Of a DNA stretch of 64,000 bases, positions 14,363 through 28,673 are shown piece after piece (position 1 is the first letter of the stretch; every line of letters starts with the position of its first letter). Both the position numbers and the translations under genes were made by a program. Under the pieces are notes generated by a model. It was not told the origin of the DNA, did not search any database, and saw nothing but the letters and a program-made list of their open reading frames with translations. The stretch comes from Auanema rhodensis (lineage: Eukaryota > Animalia > Nematoda). The DNA is taken from positions 5,766,001-5,830,000 of the forward strand of contig OZ059899.1 in assembly GCA_964057225.1 (NCBI GenBank). The letters are read 5' to 3'.

Positions 14363-17300
14363 TACTGTAAATATAAAATATATACTGATATACTGATATA
14401 TTATATTAATTATAATAGTTTTAAGTAAAATATATAAATAATATACATGTATATATATATATTTTAAAATAAAATAATAATACATGTATATACGTAATAT
14501 TAATAACATTTATTCTTTGTGTGCACAAAAAGGCCGATCAAATTTACAAAGATAGGATAGAGAGAGATATAGATAGATAGAGAGAGAGAAAAAAAAGAGA
14601 GAGAGAGAGAGATCCAAGTATGAGAATACACGACGATGGATTACCAAACTGAATGAATCGATTGTTGAGAATTGAATGATATAGAAATGTAAAAATCTGT
14701 AAAAAAAAGAAGAAAGTTTTGTATTTTCATAACTATTTATGGATATATTATATGTAACTTTATTTATATTTATTATATAAATAATAATAATAATAATATC
14801 TATACATTTTGTTGTTGTTGTTGACTATTACTGTATATATTATATATCTTTATATATCTTTATATATAAAGTTATAATATAATATATTTAATATTAAATT
14901 AAATAAATTAATAATAAAAATGAATTTTTTTTAAAAATTGTATATCTTTAATTTAGATTAACATGAATAAAAATAAAAATATTTAAAACTTCAGGTGGAA
15001 ATAGAGGAGAATTAGATTGAATAGATGGAGAAGGATAGAATATGATGAAACAATATCCAAAATTGATCAGACAAATTGTATATATTGAATTAGCTGTTTC
15101 ATATTATCCATGTCGTTTATGATATTGGAGTTTGACTGAAAACAATGAAAAACAGAAAAAAAGTTTTCTCCAAAATCAATGAAATCTTTTCAACCGCTGA
15201 ACATATTTTTTGGAAACAAATCATAAATTGATAAACTGATTTGGGTTATATGATCTTGAAGAAATTCATTTTCTTTACAAAAAAAAGGAAATACTATGTA
15301 ATTCATAATATTTATTTAGATATGCATGATCTATTGTTCATAAATAGAATTTGTTGATAAAACATAGAAACGGAAGTCTTATTTACGCAACCGATTTCCT
15401 TTCATGTACTGTATCTATTGCTTATCGTGTCAAGAGCTAACTCTTTACTCACCTCATTCCATTCTATTGAAATAGTGAAGAACAAAGCAAGATCAGCCGG
15501 TACATAAAAGGTAATGATGATTGTTTATAGGTAGGGGGTCGTTAGAGGCAGCAGGAACAGCCGGACCATAGGTGGTGACGCAATCCAATCAAAACACCAC
15601 TTGCCATTTGGTTCATCTTCAACACTGTCCATCTATAACCTTTTATTATCTATTTAGAAAGATATTTCATAGCTACCGATAGAGAGAGCAATTACTATTC
15701 AATTTTCTGATTTGTGTTAGCTTCCTTTTGAGCTGTTGCCGACCTTTATCGACCTAATGTATCTTCTGGTCAACAGGTCACATGTCCATAACTGACAGCA
15801 GAATTTCATAATAGAAATTATAAAAAGTTTCCGATCATAGTTAAACAATAATTTATGAGAAATTAAAAAAACGTACAGTTTATAAACTATAATAAATGTG
15901 TTTATATACTATATCATTCTGTTTTAATATATAATTATATTTAACTATACATATAGTTAAATATTTTGTAAAATATATATTTATATTAAAAATTTATAAT
16001 TTAAGTATAATCTCTGAGTATAATGTTCAGTTAATTTTTCAAAAAACAAATACAAAAAACCAATCATGCTTAACTATATGTGTTGAACCTGGTAAAAAGG
16101 TGTTTATATATCCAAATAGAAGTGTTTTGGTATAATTTCCATGCTATACATGGCTATGTTTATAACTTTAGGTGCTAGATCTATCCATGCCAGTCTACAA
16201 TAGTTAAGAACAGAACTGTACATGAGTATTGTACTTTGACACATGTAATGACACCTTGTCTATATAACACATTATATAGCCTATAGCATAGATATTCTAG
16301 ATAACATTTTTCAATTTTATATTGAAATATCGACAAGAAAATGTTGATTGATTATGATAACTATATACATATAGTATATACTAATGCTTTTTTTTGTCGT
16401 TTTGCGATGTTTAGATTGGATATCGGCAAGATTGCCAAAAGGTTAAAAGATGAAGAGCACATGTGACAGGTATAACATCAAATTCAATTAATTTACTATA
16501 TATTTTATTAATTCTCGATGAATATTTAATAATAATTATTAATAAAAATATAATTCTTGAAGATTCTATTAAGAAAAAAACTTTTTTTCTTGTTGAATAG
16601 CTTTGTTTGACCATATTGTTCATTCACATAAATGAAATAAGCATAAAGCTGAAATATATTTGAGAAGAAACTAAATAGAATTTTAAAGTTTTTGAAGACA
16701 CGTTAAGTTGAAAGTAATTTTCGTATATTAGTACGGATAGATGACTTCATTCAACTTTGCTTGTGTCGAATGATAAATGAAACGGGCATAATGTGTCTGT
16801 TGTATTAGAAATCTAGACACAACTTTGTATTTATTCTCAACATATTCTTTATATATGTATCTCTTTCTCTTTTTCTCTTAGGCTTATAATGCTTCTGTTG
16901 TCAATTACTTAACAACGTGAGCACGTTGAAAGAGAGGGATGACTTAAAAGGAGAAAAATATAGAAATGAAAGAAATTGCAAACATAAATTTCTATTGTTT
17001 ACAAGCCATTTAAGATATTTTTAGTTAAAATATTATTTTCATATTGAAACATTATTAAAATAAAAAAAAATTTAATTATATTTAATAAAATATTATATCA
17101 TTTCTTATTTTCTTGACCCAATTTGCTATATTTTATGAACATGATTTTGAAGTACTTTTATGCAATATAAGAACATTGTCAAGTAGAAATAATTATTGTA
17201 ATTTTCATATTATTTAAAGGCATTTGTTATATAATTAATCTATTTTTTTTACTAATTTAATCCGTTGTCATTCATATAATTTAGCTCTAGGTTGTAGAAA

Positions 17301-17525
17301 AGACCCTAATCCTTTCCTGTCTCCGGGCCAAATAATGACACCCGGTACCATCAGCAAATATCAACAAAATACAAAAGAAGCTATATGAATGTATCAAATA
17401 CACAAATTGTTATTGTTTTTATTTTATTTATTCATAATTATAATAAATATTCATATGTAATAATTAATAAAACGAATGTTTCATTTTAACAGATTTCAAC
17501 CTTTGCAAAAATAAAAATATATATT

Positions 17526-18371
17526 CACATATATTCCATTTGAGACCATTTTTCAATTAAAAATTAATTTTTTTTTAATTAAAAAGAAAATAAAGATTAT
17601 ATATATACTATATATGTATATTATACCTTATGTTTTCTTACATAATTACCGTGAAGAGTAACATGTCAACGGGCTTTTCAAAAGATTTGGTGACGTCATC
17701 AAGATATTGCTCTACTTGACATCATCATATACATCGAAATACAGTATCTTCTATTCATTTTGATTTTTTCAGTTAACTATACTAAACCATATAGTTAAAG
17801 ATGAAAGGAAGTCTTTAGTTATAAAGTCAAGTACGGTAATTACCATTTGCCAAATGTTTTTTCAACAAAATTTGTTTGAAATGTCCTTGTTCAAGCTATT
17901 TCGCGCATTTGCTCACCTCAAATCATCACTTTTTAACTTCATCCATACTCTTCAATTGAGGAAAAAAGCCGAAAATCGAGGACATAACACATAGATGAAC
18001 CATCAAGTTTTAAAAAAAAGTTGGAAAAAATATGAAAATTAGAATATTTATGGGAATTTATGAGAATTTATGAGAATTTATGGGAATTTAGTACTATCTA
18101 ATTAGTATAAGTTAACTATATACACATAGTTAAGACGGAAATAGGTGGAAGAAAAGGAATTTTCTCGCCAAATTTTCTCAATCAAACACTTGGCTTTACC
18201 GTAGAAATTGGAGGAAAAGGTGTGAAATACAAATATTAATTTTCCTTTCCGGTTACATCTGTCGACCGAGAATTCCCATGAACCCTTGGTACCTCATCAC
18301 ACCTCATCTACTCTGTCATTCAGTCTTTTACTAACTATATCATATACTTTACATCAATGTAAACATATCAT
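17526..18371 (+). repeat. Inverted repeat block 1, left arm (non-coding, upstream of BarH gene A)
   Basis: Reverse complement of 32415-33260, same length (846 bp); about 3 substitutions seen by eye. Confidence 0.95.
18049..18086 (+). promoter_or_regulatory. 4 x 10-bp tandem unit, each matching LAG-1/CSL consensus YRTGRGAA
   Basis: TATGGGAA(tt)TATGAGAA(tt)TATGAGAA(tt)TATGGGAA; mirrored at 32700-32737. Confidence 0.55.
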
Positions 18372-19126
18372 TCTATTTATTATAAAACAAAACACGTATA
18401 ACGATATGATATAATTATCTTGAAGTTAAGCTTAAAGTTAAAGTTATTAAGCCGGATACCACTATTCAAAACGTCATTGTGATGTCCTATTCAGGATATC
18501 TGACTGTCATTCAGGTAAAAGACAAAGAGGATTAAGAAGTAGGATAGGATGACATGTCCTTTTATATTAACTATATCATATATATACTATATTTTTCATT
18601 TCTTTTTTTTTTCATATGATCCGCTAAGTAATCTGGGTAAAATGGTCATGGGAATTTTGTGGTCACTTAATGTACGCACATAAAATCAAAAAAAAACTTA
18701 TTATAACTTGTACTGCCTTGTCTCCATTATCCATATGGGAATATTGGACATCGAGGACATTCAGATCATGTATTATTTGTTTTTTTTTTGTTTTTTTTTG
18801 GTGTTTTAAAATTATTTTTTTACAGAATTTTGAATTAATAGTGTAATAGAATTAATTAATCTTTAATAATTTGCTTTTTTTTATTCTTTCTTGAATGAAT
18901 TAACTAGTATTGATGAATTGCAAACAAAATTCAAACTATTGCCTCTTTATTACCGCCTGGACGAATCTCGGTAGTATTAGTTCAGCATGGATTGAGTATC
19001 CTCTAATTTTCTCGAAATCAATCAAAAAGTTGCGATATTTAACGCTAATTATCCCTTTTTATTGTAAATTTCTTATATTTCTTGTACTTGACTCAATTGT
19101 CACAATACCCTCCCTTCAACTTGATG

Positions 19127-19160
19127 ACCACACCCCAGTTAGACGACTAGCCCCGCCTAC
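19127..19160 (+). promoter_or_regulatory. Proximal promoter with CACCC box and GC box
   Basis: CCACACCCC and CCCCGCC in an otherwise very AT-rich context, ~150 bp upstream of the TTTCAG acceptor (ends 19292) preceding the ATG; shared by both paralogs. Confidence 0.45.
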
Positions 19161-19885
19161 CGGGACTCAGTTTGGTTGTATTTAGTATCTTCTGATGGTT
19201 GTTGTTGTTCTTACATTAAAATAATTTTTTTATTTCTTTAAATTAATATATAATTTTCCATTTAAGACCAATTAAAATTTAAAATATTTCAGTTGAAATC
19301 ATGAGTTGTCTTGATCCTCGTCAATTTCTATTATCAAGCTTTTATATGGATCCAACAGCTAATAGTCTTCTATTAGCTAATTTGGCAGCAGCAAATTCAA
19401 CATCTTCTAATTCAAATTCAAATCTTAAAAGATCTGATAAGATGTCATCATTCAATATTTCACAGCTTTTATCATCATCAGCTGTATCATCTGATAATCG
19501 TTTAGATGATGATGGTCCAGATTCATCAACAGGTATTTTCATTTTTAAATTTTTCATTTTTTCTTTTTTTTCTTCAGAATCTGATCAATTACATACATCT
19601 ACTGATGATGTATTACATCTGATGACATCATCATGTGTTGAAGATGAATCTACTTCATCATCACGTCGTGATAGTCCATCTGAATCTTCTACATCACCTA
19701 CATCTGGTGCTATTAAGAAAGCTCGTAAAGCTCGTACTATCTTTACTGATAAGCAACTTCAAGAACTTGAAACAACTTTTGAAAAACAGAAATATCTATC
19801 AGTACAAGATCGAATGGAATTAGCCAATAAGATGGGATTATCTGATACACAAGTTAAAACTTGGTACCAAAATCGCAGGTTTGTT
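19127..19885 (+). repeat. Inverted repeat block 2, left arm (proximal promoter, exon 1, intron 1, exon 2 of BarH gene A)
   Basis: Reverse complement of 31505-32263 (759 bp); about 3 substitutions seen, one a synonymous TTT/TTC. Confidence 0.95.
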
Positions 19886-22008
19886 TCATTTACTTACTAA
19901 ATCTTATCCAAAATTTTTTCTTTCTTTTCTTCTTCTTTTCTTCTTTCTTTACAGTTAATTTAACATAATTTTTCTAATCTCTTTAATAAAAAAAAACAAA
20001 AAAAACATCTAACTGACCTATAATCTAAACAGCTACCTGACACCTGTCTTTTGAATGTCTATGCTTGAATCAACTGATCCAATTTCCTTTTTCTTGTTTT
20101 ACCAATTAATCAATTTGTTTAATCTTATAAAAAATTTGGAGAGCAATAGTCAGGTCATAGAGAAGATCTTATAGAAATTTTGCTATATATTCATTATCTC
20201 ATCTTTCTCCCCTTTTGAGAAGGTCATGAACTTGCTAAAAGCCAATTTAACTTGCTTAATCATACGTCAAAAGACTAATTTAGTAATTATATTATATTTT
20301 TATTTATTTAAGTTAAGAATACTTGTAGTATATTCTTCATTATAGAAAAGATTCTAGCTTTCTTTCAATAAGTATTCAAAAGTTGTCCGTTAGAACTAAG
20401 TTCTTAGTTGAATATTCATGCTTTAAGCTTGATTATAGCCTCTCAAACTTCTTCAAGTAGTAAGACAGTGGAACTACAGTATTCCAAAAGATTAATTGTC
20501 TTCTAATACGAATAACATTCCTTTTATTGCTTAGTCTCTATGTTTCGTTTCAAATATAGAAAAAAATGAATGAAATATAATAATTTAAAGATGATGATGA
20601 AGTCAAAAAGATATTAAAAATGGTTTTGTTCCATAAGAAAATGAGACAATTTCTTATATTCCTTTTAATTATTGTCATCAAATATCTTGTATAGACGGAA
20701 AAGCCACATCAAAAGAGGCGAAACGATGATTAAATAATAACAATATGCCCTCTTTTCTCATTGACATCTACCACAAACGACGACAATGTTAATACCATCG
20801 TCATCATCATCGTGCTTCTTATTCTTGCAGCAACATTTTCCTTTAGCTTCATCTTCACAATCGCGTTCAGACTTTAATATATAGGCGATTGATACATATA
20901 AATATTAATTCTATTATTAATTCAATGAGTTGTTCTCTTTCTCTCTCTAACTCCCCTCTCCCTCTCTCTCTCTATCTCTCTCCATCTCTCTATCTCTTTC
21001 TCTCTTTTCTTCTTTAGTTAAAACTAAAGAAAATCTACTAAAATTTCTTATTATATTCTATTATTATTATTATTATTATTATCATTCTTCCATATATGTA
21101 TGTTCATATACATATTAAAAGAAAAAAAAAGAATTAAATTTTTCATTTATTTTTGATCAAAAAAAAAATAAAATTCCAATATAAAACTATGTGCCATTTA
21201 CACAATAACCTTCTCATCCATCCCCCCCCCTTACCACAACCACCTGTTCAGATATATGACGTCATATTATTTTTGTATAATTTAGCTTCGGAATCATGAT
21301 TAGATAATTATCTTCTATTTTTCTTAAAATGTTTTTTATTTATTTCCTAAAAAAAAATAAAAACTAGAAAATGAAATCTTCTCAGTACTTTCTTATATTT
21401 AGATCAAAAATTATTTCTGATAAATGATTTCAATGGCAATTATCGACAAAATACTTTCAATTGACATAATTAGCCGAAAGAGACGAACTGTCTCATTTAT
21501 CTCTTGTCACGCTATAAATCGCTTTGAGTAAATTCTTCCTAATTTATCGTTTTGCTGTTCAAATTTTCTTATATTTCACTCAAAAACATCATTAAACTAT
21601 TCTAAAATACTATTTGAAAAATATTGAGTTTTCAATCATTTCAGAACAAAATGGAAGCGACAGTCTTCAGTGGGATTGGATCTGTTATCTGATGCTGGTA
21701 ATTTAGCTGCAGTTCAACAACTCTTCCGCACTAATCCTCTTTGGGCTACTGGCTATCTATCAAACATTCCACCGTTCCTTGTTGGTCAACAGATTCCTGG
21801 AGCAGGCTCTGTGCCAACACCATCATCTACAGCATCATCTGATGTTGTATCAACACTACCTCATATGATTCCAAATGTTTCCATATCAACAGCAACATCT
21901 AATATGCCTACTTTATCCTTTTTACTTCCATCTACAGGCAACTTAGCATCATCAGGTCTATTAACAACAATTCCACCCTCCACTCCAACAGTAGAAAAAT
22001 CAGAATAA
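19301..22008 (+). CDS. BarH-class homeobox gene A (ceh-30/ceh-31-like); exons 19301-19532, 19578-19878, 21645-22008
   Basis: Homeodomain [54 protein letters not shown]|TKWKRQ with the Bar-diagnostic WYQN; eh1/FIL motif SFNISQLL; post-homeodomain [15 protein letters not shown]. Cannot tell ceh-30 from ceh-31 by eye. Confidence 0.93.
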
Positions 22009-22539
22009 GTTTGTATATTTAAACTAATAGAATCATACTTGTTTGTTTTTTTGCCATAAACTATATAAGTTTTATTGCCAAATTTGTCAGTCAATTGTTT
22101 TTTTCTTTCTTTCATAACTACAACAAAAAAAAATGGAATTCTTTTGCTTGTCTGGTCTTATTTTCCCATTGAAAAGTATTTTTTTCATATATCTTGTTAT
22201 TATAAATTAGATTGAGTATTCAATATTCATTTTGCTTAATTGCTCTAATTATTTGTCTTTAATTTCTTGTTTTTTCTTCTTCTTCTTCTTCTTCTTCTTC
22301 CATAATTTTTCTTAAGATATTCTATAGAATATCATCATAAAGAAAATTGCTTATTGATCTCACAATTCTATGTATTTGACTAATTATGCTTGTCTGTAAT
22401 ACGACATTTGTAAAATTTTAAGAAAAAAATGATAAAATTATCGAAAATTATGCAAAAATTTTTTTATTTTTTTCATTCAAACAAATACTTTTGATATGAC
22501 AAAATAATTTCTTTTCGAACAAAGAGAAACATAGAGTCT

Positions 22540-22576
<37 letters not shown>

Positions 22577-25500
22577 ATAGAAAAAAAGGAAAAAAATTAA
22601 AGAAAAGGCAACAAAGAGGAAAATAATTATATCGGTTGGCATTTGTTTTCATTGACAATTAGAGCGTGATCTGAGATGCTAATGGAATTCCAGTCTTTTC
22701 CTCTAAAAGATCTTCAGAAGTACCGTCATCATCATCAGTTAGTTTTTCTTATGTAGCTGTTCTGAATGAAATGAATAGTACTCAAGAGAAAAATTGTGTT
22801 TTTTTTGTTTTATTGAATAGAAAATATGTTTTATATTTTATAAAAACAATATAAAGATATAGATAGATAGATATATTATATAAATAATATTATTAATATT
22901 AATTAAATTAAATATTTTTCTTCTTATCTGATTTTATTTAATTATTATTCCATGAAACTTAAACTATAATTGACAATTAACTATATATTTACACCTGTTG
23001 ATCATCATAAATGAATATTATTATTATTATTATTATGTTTATGACGTAATACATGGGTGTCAGAAGATGAATGTCAGATTTACTAGATGGTTCTAGAGTA
23101 TGGTTGACAACAGGCACACGACAAGCCTTGATGATGATGAGAAGGAGAAGAAGAGGGAGGAGAGAAGGCTAGGTGTATATGAATGACGAGCATCTGAGAA
23201 CATACATACATTCATCTCACACAAACAACAGCAGGAGTTCAATGTCTGATGCCCTAATTGGATATTAGGTGATTGGTAGAAAATCAGATAAGAAGATGTT
23301 AATAATAGAAATAGTATGGATATAGTAGATGATTAGACACGTCAAGTCATATCCACACGACCGTCCTTATATTGTCAAGTAATAGGCGCTTAGACATTTC
23401 AATGTATATGTATTTGAAGGTTTTTTAGATAAAAAAAATATATAAGAGAATAAATAACATATTTAATTATTTATTATATGATATAGTTAACATATAATTA
23501 GATTATAAGATAAAATATTATATGAGCTGTCATTAATATATTACATAGTTATCTAATAAGTTTATGATCTATAGAAATATAATTTGGGAATATTCATTTA
23601 TTTTTAATTCAAACTAATTTCTTTCTCAGCTTCTTATAGTTATTTTAGGTTATTTCCGTTGAACTTTAATACATTTTATAAAATTATAATGGTAATTCTA
23701 CCTATGGTTATAACACATAAAGGGGAAATGCTAACAGCATTTCAAGAGGAGTTTCTTTAGTTCACACCTCAATATGCCAGACGATCTATGTATACTATAT
23801 GAAAAATTAGAAAAAAAGATCAAAAACAGTTGAAGAAATCCATTTAATTTCTTTTTTTTCCTCTTAAATGTGATTTTTCAATGAAATTTACAGATGTTTC
23901 TAGTAGTTTTGATAGTTTTGATCTGACCTTCAGTTTAGTTTCATGACATATGTTCATGTGGAAATATATATAAAAATTATAAAAAGACATGTTTTCTATG
24001 AAATAAAAAATATTTTTTTATTATTTAAATTATCTATAAATTATATTTTTTTTTCTAAAAAAAACAATACATTAATAGTTATTAGTAATCAAATGTATAT
24101 TGATTTGTTATAATTGTCATCATTGAACTTCAATGTTTTTTATTTTTCAAATCAATTTAATAACATAAAAAGTATAATTTTCATTATACAATATATCATA
24201 TATAATATGAATTTCTGTCAAATATTTAGTCATTTAGACAATTTTCAATGAACATTGATGATTTTCAATATACATGATGATTGTCTACGAACATTATGAA
24301 ATGCAGATGTCTACTCTCATGGTAACTTGACAATTATCTTAAAAATCTATTATATTCGTTAGAAATGTCCTTTTCATAATAAATTTTTACAGACAACATA
24401 CCTCTTCTTCTTCTTCTTCTTCTTTGTCAACGTTTTTTTTTGTGATTTAGGTTCATTTGCCTTCAAAAATATTTGATGACCATGACTGCATTGGATGTAA
24501 TTTATAAGAAAAAAAATATTTTCAATTATATATATCTATGTAGATGTATTTTACAATGAACTTCTTATAATTACAGATGGATTAATATGATTTTCAGGAT
24601 GACAAATTTGAAAATTCGTTAATGATGGTTAAGAAGAAATCTCCAGATTTATTGCACATGTCATAGGTCAAAGTATAAATTGAATTAAACTAAACTAATT
24701 TGCTTGTTACTATGCTATTAACTGAATTTGTAATTAATACTAATAATAGTTTATTCATCATCGTCTTCATCTCTTGTCTGAACTTTTAAAAGAATAAGGA
24801 AGAAAAAGTTGAAGAAGAAGAAGAAGACAACCATGATTCTATTTTCAGGTTCAAGTTTCAAATGCAATATGTGTCTGCTTGAATAAATGATTTGTAAAAG
24901 TAAAAGTTAAGTAAGCTAGATGTCCTAAGTATTCAAACAATTTTTTTTCATTTTTTTTGCAAAACGAAGAACCAAAAAAAGGGAGAAAACAATGAAAAAT
25001 GGAAGAAAGCATTCAAAAGACTTTTTAAATTTCAAAAAACCTTTGCCTTTGTCGTATATTATGAAGATGACATTTTTGATTATCAATTTCAGAATCATTA
25101 GATTGAAATTAATGAAAATTTATTAAGGAAATTACATCTAGTCAATCAGCGAAACGATGATGAAGTCAAGCGTATTTTATATTCATCCTCCTCTTAATCT
25201 ACCGTATCTATATGTTATCTAATTAATATTTTAAATTTCAAAAAAGAACAATCTTGCAAATATAATGATAATCTGTCGTTGTAATCTAGAAAAATGATGT
25301 TAATATATATTCTTTTATTGTATATTTCATCTGATAATTATAAATTATAATAAGTGCATTGTATTAAATCGGATCGTCATACATATATGCCCTTTACTTT
25401 GTTTAAAAACTTTTTTCCCGGAGTATTTACATATATACAGAGAGAGAGGGAGAGAGGGAGGGAGAGAGAGAGAACGAGGGGGTATAAAATACTTTTGTAT

Positions 25501-25832
25501 GACTGAATGAAGACTGGAAGAACGTTCTTCTCAATTGGATGGAAGAATAGATGAAGACAACTAATTAGTAGATACAATACTATATAGTATAATATGTACT
25601 ATATTTAGGAAAATTAGATGACTTTAATATAAAAAGGAAAAAGGTGAAAAGGAAATGAAGAATGTCATCTACAGATCGGAAGTCTTTGCTCAAGTTACAT
25701 CAATTAGTTGTCGACAACTGAATGTCAATTATGAATATTTGAATGGGTGAGACGATGATTGAATATATGAAGATGGGTAAAGAACTAACGAGAAATAAAG
25801 AAAAAAAATTGTAAGAAAACAGATAAAGAGAT

Positions 25833-25835
<3 letters not shown>

Positions 25836-25868
<33 letters not shown>
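25836..25868. repeat. (GA)n microsatellite
   Basis: Uninterrupted GA run; similar runs near 14560-14610, 22543-22569, 28006-28032 and 35293-35318. Confidence 0.9.
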
Positions 25869-25871
<3 letters not shown>

Positions 25872-28642
25872 AGAGTAAAAGGTATTAAATAATAAAGTTC
25901 AAATCCGTTTTAATTGATTCATAAAACTTATAAGAAAGTTGGTCCCTGTTGCTAAGAATTAATATAACTATTAAAATAGAAAATATTAAAAATTTTAAAG
26001 TTTATTATGTTCAAGTTGTACATGCTAATGTGTTTTTTATTTTGAACCATATGTGTTTATAGATATTCATATTATCTTGTAGCAAGAGAGAGATATAGCG
26101 AGGATAACTCCATCTGTTCAAAGCTTATTATTCAACTTATATATTATACTATACATATAAGTTATGTACGTTATACTATGCATATAGTGATGTACACGAT
26201 GATTATGCCCTTTTTAGCTATTTCCGGTTAACTTATTTCCTATAATTATATGAACAACGAACATGAGCACTCTCTATGTCACCTCTGCTCTTCGACACAT
26301 ACATTGGCTTTTGACTATTCATCTTACAATTGTCTTTTTTCCGCTCCAACAATCATATCTTATGTCCGATTACGGTAATTATTTATTAATTAGTATTGTA
26401 TAGTTAAAATACATGAAAAGAAGACAAATTGATACAATAATACAAAGCGTTTTATATTAAAAATTGAAAATAATTGTTTATACGATATAATAAATAAATA
26501 AAAAACAACCGTTCTTCTAGATGATTTAATTAAATTGAACATAACCTCAATGATTTTCATAAACATTTCACGTAATTTCACGTGACTTTATATAATTAAT
26601 TTTAAAATATTTTAACTATATAGTATATATTATATTATATTATATATATAGATTCAAATATAGATTAAAAATAAAAATTTAAGAATTCATCTGTTATAGC
26701 AGAATGATGTAAGGCCAGGTCTTATTGCGCAAGTTGAAGGCAATTCAGAAAGCATTACAAGCTCATCTAATACTCATTTGACTTATTCTCCAGATGGTCT
26801 TTCATATCGAATTTAATTTTAATTTTGTGATTTCAACATATTATATACTATATATGAGCATATGTTGAATATAAATAATATTTCATATAAGATATATTTC
26901 ACATAAGATGTTATGATATATCTGTATGTATGCATATGTATCATATAATATATAGTTAAGAAGTCATTCACTTTAACGGAAATTAGCCTAAAATCGCTTA
27001 AAGTGTTCTTTCGTTATTCTTACATACCGGAAATCCATTGTTTCAGTTGTCAGGATAATCCGGATACTAATCATATAGTATAATCGGATCAGAGGTCAAG
27101 TCATCATCCATACTGTCCGTACCTTCCTGCTACCTTCTCCCTACCTTGTCACCATTATTAGAGTTTCAATTGGGATTAAGAATTAGAAAAGAAAATAGCA
27201 AAACACCCCCAACATAAAAAAGCATAATAGACAACTTGTATTACCTAATTAAGACGATTTGTCAATCTAATACGCAGCAGGAACCCAACAAGCTCACCAA
27301 ATCAGGTTGTAGATGCAGATGAGGTTAAGAGGTAAGTAAAGGAGAAGACCGACCTTTTCTTGATAAGAAGAACAAGAAAGATTGTGAATATTATGTAATA
27401 AAGTACCTAATTGCTTATCCAAAAAAAAAAAATTTTTACATATAACCCTTAACTATAATAGAAGAATACATATAGTTATTTCTATGTATAATAATAATAA
27501 TAATAATAATAATTTTTCTTTGTTAGTTATTATAACAAATAAGGTATAAAATTAAATATTTTATTCAAATAAATAAAGCAAAAACTTCATTTTTTCTTTC
27601 AAGTTTGAATTTACAATTATTTTATAATTTTATATTAAAAATAATATAATAACTAGCGTATTTATGATCTGCTTATTATTGAATTTTTAAAAATTCTTTA
27701 CAAATAAAAGAAAAAAGAAAAAAATTCTTCAATGATTCACTATTTTTTGAACAATTGATGTTTATTAGCCAAACAAATAATTCATTTTCATATATTGTGT
27801 TTTTTTTAATTTTTTATATACGGTAGGTATGAAGTAATTAGAATTTGAAAATAATATAAGATTTTTAATTTTTTTTTGTTTATATTCTGTTACATATTGT
27901 TATTTAATAAGTATTTATAAGGCAAAATTGTATAACAATTCGTGGTTGAAAGATGACTAAAGATAGAAAATAGAAAGATTGAGAAATGAAGAGAGAGAGA
28001 AATGAAGAGAGAGAGAGAGAGAGAGAGAGAGACAAAGGTAACAACATGAAGTTATTTCAGAATCGTTGGACGATAGTGGTGTCATCGTTCGTCAATTTTC
28101 ACGCATGATGACAAAAAGCTGTCGAACGTATAATTGGTCGGTTACGGTAATTCTTTTGTGTCTAATCGTCTGTACTCTCCGTATTCAACATAATCTATAA
28201 CTATGTTAGACGATTAAATAGGCTAAAGCGTGTAACAGATCGCTCAGTATTTAATAAAAATAGTGAATAAAACGATTTTTTATATAAAAAATATTTAAAA
28301 GATATAAAACATAACAAAAAAAAGTAGAAAATTAACTAATAAAAATAATTATTAACTGAATATTTTTTATTATTTCTAAAATTTATTTTTGTCAAAAAAA
28401 AAACTTTTTTTTTCATTTTCTTCAATGTTTTATTCTGTTATCTATAGCTGATCAAAAGTATTATATCCCATATGTTCCTTATAAAGGAACACTTTGCTAA
28501 ACCGGTAAATATTCTGGTAGCAACGTGACAACCATCTGGCGACAGATCAACACGTTGTCTCAGCATCATCAGACAGACTTTTACAGGTCATTTATGTTAT
28601 ATAAAATATTTTATATATTGTTATTTATAGTTAGTACATTGT

Positions 28643-28673
<31 letters not shown>

